A stretch of 64,000 nucleotides of DNA. Source: a virus. Its lineage: Duplodnaviria; Caudoviricetes. The notes under the pieces were generated by a model, which was not told the origin of the DNA, ran no database searches, and saw only the letters and a program-made list of their open reading frames with translations. Below, one piece after another: positions 19,131 through 26,312 of the stretch. The translations under genes were made by a program, and so were the position numbers. The stretch lies in IMG/VR virus record IMGVR_UViG_3300026165_000001, positions 23,356 to 87,355 of that record. One strand, given 5' to 3'. How positions within the stretch are numbered: the first letter of the stretch is position 1; every line of letters begins with the position of its first letter.

Positions 19131-19253
19131 ACGGTTGTCAACCGTATATTTCCATCCACTCCACTCTATTATAGTGATGCTTCGCATCACTAGCTGATTC
19201 GCATATCTCATCTCCATTCGCTTCGCTCATTTCGATTCGATCTGCTTTCAGCA
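19131..19253. repeat. Cluster of inverted repeats and GAA-loop mini-hairpins
   Basis: ACGGTTG-T-CAACCGT (19131-19145); TAGTGATGC-TTC-GCATCACTA (19172-19192); GCTTCGC (= GCGAAGC on -) at 19179 and 19220; TGCT-TTC-AGCA (19243-19253); six TTCG copies in 60 bp. Confidence 0.8.
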
Positions 19254-19313
19254 TTTCTTATCGTGTTTTACTATGTCGAATTGTCATTCCATTTTGATTT
19301 GAATGTTTTGAAT

Positions 19314-19693
19314 CTATTAGGCATTTCCCAGAACCAATAGCCACACTTTGCCCGATGAGGCAAAGTGTGGCTATGGCAGACGTTTCCCGTCACCAACCCA
19401 GCAAGCTGGGCCACTCCGTTCCAAAACAACCTTGTATAGCCAGGGAAGGGCGGTTGAGCGATACCCTTTTATGTTTAGCTTTTCAACGCGGGACCACATC
19501 ATGCTGTTAACGGCTTACACGATGCTGCCTGTGGGTTCCAAGCGTGTGAGGAGAGCCCACTCATTTCTCAGGTGTCAATCTGAGTGCGTATATGACTGCG
19601 ACATGCCAGATCTGTTGCCGAAAATTTGTTTACGGCTCCTCAAGGCATTCATTGAGGTCGCTATGGTCAGGGTTCTGAGGTTGGTCCTAATAA
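19314..19693 (-). ncRNA. Candidate large structured ncRNA (~380 nt)
   Basis: End-to-end closing stems, at least 8 internal helices including a 16-bp perfect stem (19337-19352/19359-19374); G-U pairs favour the minus strand. Confidence 0.7.
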
Positions 19694-19700
19694 GCCTATA

Positions 19701-20210
19701 TTAGTTGTGAGCACTTTCAAAGGCAGCTCTATTGAGTTCAAAGAAACTATCAAATTCTGTTAGTTTCCAAACAACTCCTTCCTGGTCCGTGTAGACAACG
19801 TGTCTGTTGGTTTTGAATGGCAACGTAGCATCAAATCCAACAAACTTACCTACACGGGTAATTTTCATAAAAAGAATATTAATGTCATCATCGTCCGCAG
19901 CATCTTTGATTTGCTGCAACCAATCTTCGAGAATAGGGATCGGCTCGTTGAATAGTAATCTATGGAACGGAAAACTTGCGTAGTTTTTACATTCACAGTT
20001 AAATCGATTCCAATGATCAGGCGGAACAATGTCGCCCTTCATGTGACGTATCTGCCCATCACTCATGAGAATTTTACGGTCGGCATTGCTGCCACCTGTA
20101 TAAGCCCCACTGTTGGGGACGCGCATGAATGGCGCGCCATAAGTCTCTGTCAAGTATTTGGCGACATCACGTTCCCACGCGCCGCCCTTGGCTTTGCTTT
20201 TACTGGTCAA
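19701..20210 (-). CDS. Holliday junction resolvase-like PD-(D/E)xK nuclease
   Basis: SKSKAKGGAWERDVAKYL..RVPNSGA..GDIVP..ECKNY; TTG start overlapping the upstream TGA. Confidence 0.8.
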   Translation of the reverse strand: MTSKSKAKGGAWERDVAKYLTETYGAPFMRVPNSGAYTGGSNADRKILMSDGQIRHMKGDIVPPDHWNRFNCECKNYASFPFHRLLFNEPIPILEDWLQQIKDAADDDDINILFMKITRVGKFVGFDATLPFKTNRHVVYTDQEGVVWKLTEFDSFFELNRAAFESAHN

Positions 20211-20425
20211 AGGTCTTTAATCATCTCTGCTAGCCCCGCTCCGACATTTCGTGATTTACTATTAAATCCTGTGATGTCAGAACCAAAGTCATATGTCATG
20301 CTGGGTAATGTATATGTTGATATCGTGGTGTCTATAGTGCTGGTATCAACACCACTATACGGCCTATTAGGATCATCGTAGACTATTCCGCCGTTGTATG
20401 AATATGGGTGTGTGTTATAATTCAT
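20207..20425 (-). CDS. Hypothetical protein
   Basis: 72 aa, SD GGAG, coupled to neighbours; ends GAGLAEMIKDL. Confidence 0.6.
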   Translation of the reverse strand: MNYNTHPYSYNGGIVYDDPNRPYSGVDTSTIDTTISTYTLPSMTYDFGSDITGFNSKSRNVGAGLAEMIKDL

Positions 20426-20663
20426 TTATCATCTCCGCAAGAACAGGACCACATTTGTATGATTCTGTTATCTTTTTCTGTGTTTTTTTATTCTCTGTAG
20501 CTTTTCTTGTCGTTTGTTGGGCCTCGACTATTTTGTATAGTTCATCGATATGATTGAAGTCTGCGTTTGCATTAACATAATCATAATCATACCAATGACT
20601 TTTAATACTGTCAAGTTGTGAACCGTAATATGTTTTGCTAGGGATATTTTTACTCAATGTCAA
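20415..20663 (-). CDS. Hypothetical protein
   Basis: 82 aa, TTG start with AGGAG upstream, overlapping the gp46 end; ends GPVLAEMINEL. Confidence 0.6.
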   Translation of the reverse strand: MTLSKNIPSKTYYGSQLDSIKSHWYDYDYVNANADFNHIDELYKIVEAQQTTRKATENKKTQKKITESYKCGPVLAEMINEL

Positions 20664-22422
20664 ACTCCTGATCTGGGCTAAAGCTAGTAAAGCCGTTTTC
20701 TTTAACCACGTAGAGTATGTTATTTACTCTTCCAATTAATTCTTCCCTGTGTGAAATAAGGAATATATTTTTGTTTCTATCGCGGTGCATTTTTTTCAGA
20801 ACAACAAGTGCACTTTCTACACCATTGCTATCCATGCCACTATCAATTAATTCGTCTATTGCCATGAAGTCAATAGGCGTATTGGTGCTTTCGTGAACAT
20901 CACGGAATGCCCAACTAAGGCCAAGAATCAATCTATTTCTTTCGCCTCGACTCAAGTTATCAAAATCTAGTTCACGTCCTAATTCTGTAATTTCAACACT
21001 GAGATCATTTTGAAATTGAACCTCGTGTGGCAAACCCAACTTGTTAAGATAATAGTTGAGTCGGCTATTTAAATATTGTAGATTTTGATCAATAATGCGC
21101 TTGCGGACAAAACTGTCTTTGTTTGTGAGCAACTTGAGTAAGAACTCCTGATGTTCACGCAAGTTATGCAAGCTATTCATTGTCTCCCATTCGATTGTTT
21201 GGATGCCAGATTCTTCAAGACTAGCAACTTGTTCAGTATAGGGGTCTTCTGCCTGTTGCAACCCTTCTAGCTTACTGGTCAAAGTTGCTAGTTGACTTTG
21301 TTGTTCATACGCCTCTTGCGCCGTTGCATATTTAGTTGTGGGTATCTTGTCTGGCAGCTTGATGGCTTTGATCTTGTGAGTTATTTCTTCGACATTGCCG
21401 TTTGCTTCTGCTATGGCTGCTTGATGTCCCTCTATGGCTCTGGTTTTATTTTTAATGATTTTGTCATTTGAATCATCATGGAGTTCCTGACCACATGCAT
21501 AGCAAGTATGGTTTTTAGCTGCTTCCAGGTCCTTCTCAGCTTTTTCCAAGCTACGTTTTTCGCGTTGAATTGTAGCTTCTTCTCCTGATAGAGAGCGTTG
21601 TAGTTCTGACAGCTCAGAATTTTTACGACGGTATTCGTCAAGCGCCACATGCTGTTCAAGTTCGAATTCAATGTCCATGGACTCGAGTTCAGATACAGCT
21701 TCTTGAAGCTCTTTGATTTCTTCTGCGTTCTTATTTTTCCATACACGTTGCCTACGTTTGAGGTCTTCAATCGAACGTTTAATTTGCTCATTAGCATTCT
21801 CCACGCCTTTGACCCGATATTCTTCTTCTTTGATTTGATCCTTGGTGGTTTTTACCAATTCTTTAAGCACATTTGCTTTTTCACTGAGCAACGTGATTCC
21901 CATGAGATTTTCAATAATCTCACGTTGATCATTCGCTCGTAATGCAAGGAAAGGTTCGTTATATGTGTTTAGAGCAATGAGATGTTTGAACATGATATGA
22001 TTCATTCCAATCACATTTTCAATCTCATGCTGAGTCAAACGCATTTCACCCTGTCCTTCGTCAGTTTCCACAACCGCGTCGTGTTCATTGACCAAAAATT
22101 TAAGAGTGTTTGGGGCGCGACCCCTTTCAATACGATAGGAATTGTTACCCACTTCGAATTCAACTGTTACCAACATTCCTTTGTTATTGGTCTTATTGAT
22201 AAGGTTGTTTTTTCGAATATTAGTAATGGCATTTCCATAAAGAGCATAGCTAAGGGCGTTGATCATAGTGGTCTTGCCCACGCCGTTTCGTGAACCATCA
22301 CCACCAAGATCCAAGTTATTACCCAACACAAGTGTTAGTCCAGCTTCTTGGAAATTGACGGCCTGGGTAACGTTACCCACGCTCATAAAATTCTTGATTG
22401 TGATATTCTTAAACCGAATCAT
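20650..22422 (-). CDS. gp46: Recombination ATPase, Rad50/SbcC family (gp46)
   Basis: Walker A NGVGKTT, coiled coil with CYAC zinc hook, LSRGE signature, IDELID Walker B, ISH. Confidence 0.95.
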   Translation of the reverse strand: MIRFKNITIKNFMSVGNVTQAVNFQEAGLTLVLGNNLDLGGDGSRNGVGKTTMINALSYALYGNAITNIRKNNLINKTNNKGMLVTVEFEVGNNSYRIERGRAPNTLKFLVNEHDAVVETDEGQGEMRLTQHEIENVIGMNHIMFKHLIALNTYNEPFLALRANDQREIIENLMGITLLSEKANVLKELVKTTKDQIKEEEYRVKGVENANEQIKRSIEDLKRRQRVWKNKNAEEIKELQEAVSELESMDIEFELEQHVALDEYRRKNSELSELQRSLSGEEATIQREKRSLEKAEKDLEAAKNHTCYACGQELHDDSNDKIIKNKTRAIEGHQAAIAEANGNVEEITHKIKAIKLPDKIPTTKYATAQEAYEQQSQLATLTSKLEGLQQAEDPYTEQVASLEESGIQTIEWETMNSLHNLREHQEFLLKLLTNKDSFVRKRIIDQNLQYLNSRLNYYLNKLGLPHEVQFQNDLSVEITELGRELDFDNLSRGERNRLILGLSWAFRDVHESTNTPIDFMAIDELIDSGMDSNGVESALVVLKKMHRDRNKNIFLISHREELIGRVNNILYVVKENGFTSFSPDQEFDIE

Positions 22423-22703
22423 TCTGGTCGTTCAGATCCATTGTCTTTTGTGTCTTCATCTTGAAGAGCCTCGTCCATCCAGTCTGGCATTGTGTCTGGA
22501 TTTTCAGTGATTGCTTTTCCTAGCAGCAACATAAGTGAATCCATATCTTGGTCCATTAATTCATGAATTAAACCTTGAAATTCACCATCTTCCATTAATT
22601 GTTCGTAACTTTGATCAGTGCCATTTTGTTTTGCACGATCACTCCATTCACCAACACGTTCATGCAATTCATTTATTTGGTCTAGTTTCTTTTGATCAGT
22701 CAT
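22419..22703 (-). CDS. Hypothetical acidic protein
   Basis: 94 aa with SD AAGGA, between gp47 and gp46. Confidence 0.65.
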   Translation of the reverse strand: MTDQKKLDQINELHERVGEWSDRAKQNGTDQSYEQLMEDGEFQGLIHELMDQDMDSLMLLLGKAITENPDTMPDWMDEALQDEDTKDNGSERPE

Positions 22704-22713
22704 TAATTAATCC

Positions 22714-23733
22714 TTATAGATTGTTGTATATATCCATTAGTAATTTTTTGTTGATCATTTCGCTATCAACATTCTGAAGCTGATTATAAACGATTTGATC
22801 TACACTTTCCACAACGAAATCACCGTCCTGTGCAGGATCCATTGACATTTCGTCTTTCTTGACAGGCAGCAGACTGAGTTCACGTGGATTGAACTGAGTC
22901 ATAAATGTTTCCTTAATGAAGTTTGCTTCTTCATAACTGATAGGAACGTCTAGCATCGCCCGACAATAGGTTTTTTCGTTTAGGTAGTCCTCTGGCGCGT
23001 CAATCAGGTCGCTAAGATTGAGGCGGATATAGCGTGGGCCATCATAATTGACATAAGTTGGTTCACCTCCCCACTTTAAAAACATAGCACCACGTTGGTC
23101 ATCCCAGGCATCAGCATAATTGTGAGCAAAAGGACTACCTAAATAATGGACTTTGTCCCGCACTTGGCGCTTGTGAAAGTGCCCGCTAAAGACATAGTCA
23201 GCTTTCTTGAAATCATCTGCTTTGAGTTCGCCGTGGTCAGGCATCTCAACAATGGCATTCATCATGAAATGTGGCAACTCAAAATGGCCAAAGACATACT
23301 TACTCTTCAGCTTTTTCATCTTTTTCCATTCATCTCCAACTAGCCAAGGAACCAAGGCGACATCGCCCTGCTCTAAAACATCGTCGTTGATAATGTGAAT
23401 ATTGTCAAACATGTCTCCATATGGGATGGAGTTAATCTCTCGCTTTTCACGATAGAATAGATCATGGTTCCCAACTAACATGTAGATGTTTTCAAATGCT
23501 TTACTCAGCCTGGAAAAGTTGCTTACTGTGTAGTTGAGAGTTGATACGTTAACACTAGCACGATGGTGATGCCAATCGCCTAGGAATATGCAGGTTTCAC
23601 AGCCACGAGTTTTTGCTTCGTCGATAAACCATTTGATAAACTCTTCACAGTCGATATTGTGTTGGCGACTGTTATTTTTGTTACCAAAATGAATGTCGGT
23701 GAAACACGCGGCGTGTTCAAATAAGTTGTTCAA
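22714..23733 (-). CDS. gp47: Recombination nuclease, Mre11/SbcD family (gp47)
   Basis: DIHFG, GDWHH, GNHD, GHFE and SGHFH phosphoesterase motifs. Confidence 0.95.
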   Translation of the reverse strand: MNNLFEHAACFTDIHFGNKNNSRQHNIDCEEFIKWFIDEAKTRGCETCIFLGDWHHHRASVNVSTLNYTVSNFSRLSKAFENIYMLVGNHDLFYREKREINSIPYGDMFDNIHIINDDVLEQGDVALVPWLVGDEWKKMKKLKSKYVFGHFELPHFMMNAIVEMPDHGELKADDFKKADYVFSGHFHKRQVRDKVHYLGSPFAHNYADAWDDQRGAMFLKWGGEPTYVNYDGPRYIRLNLSDLIDAPEDYLNEKTYCRAMLDVPISYEEANFIKETFMTQFNPRELSLLPVKKDEMSMDPAQDGDFVVESVDQIVYNQLQNVDSEMINKKLLMDIYNNL

Positions 23734-23758
23734 GAGTGCGACCTCGATTTATCTAATG

Positions 23759-23787
23759 ATAATAACAGCTTAGTTGCTAGCTGTCAA
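23759..23787 (-). promoter_or_regulatory. sigma70 promoter TTGACA-N17-TATTAT for the gp47/gp46 operon
   Basis: TGTCAA at 23782-23787 and ATAATA at 23759-23764 on +; extended -10 TG present. Confidence 0.75.
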
Positions 23788-24048
23788 GTGTTCAAGCTCT
23801 GCTCTGATCTCAGATTTCATGATTTCCATAAGTTCAGATTCTGCATAGGCTGCATAAAACTCATCAAGATCTTCTGCTAGCGTAGTCTGAAATTTGACAT
23901 TCATGTCATATTCTTCATCATTGTATGTTGTGGTAAACTTATATTCTCGATATTTTTCAGTTTCTTCATTCACATACTTCATGACAACGAATTCATTATC
24001 ATTAACAGTCATTTGCAGAAATTCTTCAGATTGTGTTGTATTTGACAT
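23770..24048 (-). CDS. Small acidic protein with a gp23-like C-terminal helix
   Basis: 92 aa, SD GAGG; C-terminus aligns without gaps to a segment of the capsid protein in this window. Confidence 0.65.
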   Translation of the reverse strand: MSNTTQSEEFLQMTVNDNEFVVMKYVNEETEKYREYKFTTTYNDEEYDMNVKFQTTLAEDLDEFYAAYAESELMEIMKSEIRAELEHLTASN

Positions 24049-24069
24049 TCTTAATTCCTCTTGTTTTCA

Positions 24070-24336
24070 CTAAGTGACAATTGCATCAAAACGTTTTATG
24101 GCTTGTGTCATAGTGTTTCCGTTCTTAGCAACACCCATTAAATGGAGTCGGATAATTCGAGACCCATCTTCTCTTGGCGTAGCCTTGTCAAACTGATCGT
24201 CAATTTGATACACAATGTCAGCAATTGACGAACCACTACCACCAACTGTATCCCCGACAGGGCGAATATTATGCATCTCAATAAACTCAGACAATTCGGG
24301 CCAATTTTCAATCTTGTATGTTCGTTTTTGTGACAT
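24070..24336 (-). CDS. Hypothetical protein
   Basis: 88 aa, SD AGGAG directly after gp55. Confidence 0.65.
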   Translation of the reverse strand: MSQKRTYKIENWPELSEFIEMHNIRPVGDTVGGSGSSIADIVYQIDDQFDKATPREDGSRIIRLHLMGVAKNGNTMTQAIKRFDAIVT

Positions 24337-24344
24337 ATTTTCTC

Positions 24345-25238
24345 CTAAATAGTATTGTATCCGGCATTTCTTAATTCTTCTTGTTTTTTTTCTTCATCCT
24401 CATCCCGAGAACGTTGCTGGGCAGCTTCATCGTCTAGCTGACGGTTGAAGCTGGGCATGTATCCGCCATCCTGTAACATGTCGTCACGGATGTTTTGGTT
24501 ACGTTTTTCGAGATTGAGAACACGAGTAAAGCTATTAGTGATGGTTGCAGTATAGTAAGCGAAAGGATTAGCACTTCTTGCTTCGTTAAACTTGAGTCCA
24601 ACTTCACTCAACTGTAATAATGCTGCACTTTGCATCTCATCATTATATGTATAGCCCCGCCAGTTACCGCGCATTGCATAACGCTCTACCAACTTCATCA
24701 TCATTTTGGCCAGCTCGCCTGTCAAACCACCATGTGTTTGACTAAAATGACCGTTATCAAATCCACCTTGCCAGTGGCTACGCAATACTTCCTTTAGTTC
24801 ACCATCTACAAACGCATAGTGTTTAAATGGCGGAAAGTTGATGCGAGTGTGTAGGTCTGCTACTGTTTTTGGGTTTTTCTTTCGATTAGGTGTTTCTGGG
24901 ATATGATCATATGTCATTACACGAAACACAACGTCTTCATCTGAGATAGAGCTGGGATCAACACGAAAATCAGCTTGTTTGGGTTTTGTTGATCTCACAC
25001 CACCTGCATCATGCCACGCATTGATACCTTTTTCATATCCCGCGCTTGATAGTTGCGCAGCGTGATTTTCTTTTGCCTCATGAATTTTTTCGTCGTCGAT
25101 CTCTTCTAGAGAATCAACAATGTTGTCAAAATGCTTGTATCGATCATCCAAGGCATAGCAATAACTTAGCTTGCTCTTGTGAATTTCCTTTAGCATATCT
25201 TTGTTGTTGAGGTATTTTGTAGACTTCTTCCTGACCAT
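24345..25238 (-). CDS. gp55: Late-transcription sigma factor (gp55)
   Basis: YLNNKD.L..I, NWRGYTYNDEM, KFNE.RS.NPFAYYT...NSF; matching late promoters occur across the window. Confidence 0.9.
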   Translation of the reverse strand: MVRKKSTKYLNNKDMLKEIHKSKLSYCYALDDRYKHFDNIVDSLEEIDDEKIHEAKENHAAQLSSAGYEKGINAWHDAGGVRSTKPKQADFRVDPSSISDEDVVFRVMTYDHIPETPNRKKNPKTVADLHTRINFPPFKHYAFVDGELKEVLRSHWQGGFDNGHFSQTHGGLTGELAKMMMKLVERYAMRGNWRGYTYNDEMQSAALLQLSEVGLKFNEARSANPFAYYTATITNSFTRVLNLEKRNQNIRDDMLQDGGYMPSFNRQLDDEAAQQRSRDEDEEKKQEELRNAGYNTI

Positions 25239-25259
25239 TTAAGATTCCTTGTTGATATC

Positions 25260-25288
25260 AGTATAATACGTTAACCCATTGAAGTCAA
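25260..25288 (-). promoter_or_regulatory. sigma70 promoter TTGACT-N17-TATACT for gp55
   Basis: AGTCAA at 25283-25288 and AGTATA at 25260-25265 on +. Confidence 0.8.
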
Positions 25289-25303
25289 GCGGTTTTCAGG
25301 CTG

Positions 25304-25364
25304 ATAAATATTAGTTAGAAGGCGTTGAATTGTTGGATTGAGGGCATGTCACGCTGGTATTTAT
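25304..25364. promoter_or_regulatory. Face-to-face late promoters (+ 25304-25310 for the baseplate operon; - 25358-25364 toward gp55)
   Basis: GATAAATA on + and GTATTTATC (GATAAATAC on -). Confidence 0.6.
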
Positions 25365-25374
25365 CGGAATCAAC

Positions 25375-26025
25375 ATGGTTACAAGACAAGATCTCAGAGC
25401 ATCATTAACGGTTAAAACCCGTAGCAGAAGTTTCGGCGTGAACAATTTTTTCACCGGGACAATACCTGCTTACAACGTTCCCTTCCAAGGACCAGGACAG
25501 GCATTAATAAGAACACGTGGTATCGTGTTTCCGTTTACTCCCAACATCAGCGTTGCACAACAGGTTGAATATGGTCAGTATGATGTAGTGCACACAAATT
25601 ACCAACAGAATGCATATGCAAGGACGCGCAACCCCCAAATACAAATTACTGGGGTATTTGTTAGTCAAACGCCAGAAGAAGCAGCGTATACAGTGGGCGT
25701 GATGCATTTCCTCAGAGTGTGCAGCAAGATGAATTTTGGTGCCAACGACGATGATCGCGGCACACCACCGCCAGTGCTATTGTTTAGTGCATATGGGGCA
25801 TATAATTTTCAAAATGTTCCTGTATTGATTGGTAGCTTTAACTATGTATACCAAGATGATGTTGATTATGTTGAGGTAGAAACAGGGGGCGAAACGGTGC
25901 AGATACCATCAATGATGATCATTGCTATCGACTTGCTACCACAATACAGCCCAGAAAAACAAACAAACCAATTCACACTTGATAGTCTTGCAAGAGGAAG
26001 TGGCTATAGGAATGGATTTATCTAA
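25375..26025 (+). CDS. Baseplate tail-tube initiator (gp48/gp54-like)
   Basis: GIVFPFTPNI..HTNY, GTPPPVL.FSAYG..F.NVPV; first gene of the baseplate operon. Confidence 0.65.
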   Translation: MVTRQDLRASLTVKTRSRSFGVNNFFTGTIPAYNVPFQGPGQALIRTRGIVFPFTPNISVAQQVEYGQYDVVHTNYQQNAYARTRNPQIQITGVFVSQTPEEAAYTVGVMHFLRVCSKMNFGANDDDRGTPPPVLLFSAYGAYNFQNVPVLIGSFNYVYQDDVDYVEVETGGETVQIPSMMIIAIDLLPQYSPEKQTNQFTLDSLARGSGYRNGFI

Positions 26026-26312
26026 TGTCATATAAAAGAACAAGTCATCTCAGAGCAACACCAGTTGTGAATGGTTTTACTCAATTATGGGAACCACCAA
26101 TCGTTCCAGATTTCACTCGTGCAAAAGAATTTACTATCAATCAAAAATACAACAAGAGACCAGATTTACTGGCTTATGATCTATATGGTGAAAGTCGTTT
26201 TTGGTGGGTATTTGCCATTTACAATAAGAACGATTTAGTAGATCCAATTAATGATTTTGTTACCGGTACTCGTATATGGATTCCGGATCGCGATTACATT
26301 GCAGGAATTTAA
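26025..26312 (+). CDS. gp53: Baseplate wedge protein with LysM-like fold (gp53-like)
   Basis: RPDLLAYDLYG...WWVFA..N...DPI.DF..G..I.IP. Confidence 0.8.
   Translation: MSYKRTSHLRATPVVNGFTQLWEPPIVPDFTRAKEFTINQKYNKRPDLLAYDLYGESRFWWVFAIYNKNDLVDPINDFVTGTRIWIPDRDYIAGI

Noticed and set aside
19314-19693. Group I/II intron, RNase P, tmRNA or retron msr-msd identity
   Set aside because: It does not interrupt a gene; I found no recognisable domain V, P7, GAGGAAAGUCC or tRNA-like ends; no RT in the window. Left as an unclassified RNA.
19348-19704. 118-aa + strand ORF in the non-coding gap
   Set aside because: TTG start inside a 16-bp hairpin, no SD, atypical composition; the region is better explained by RNA structure.
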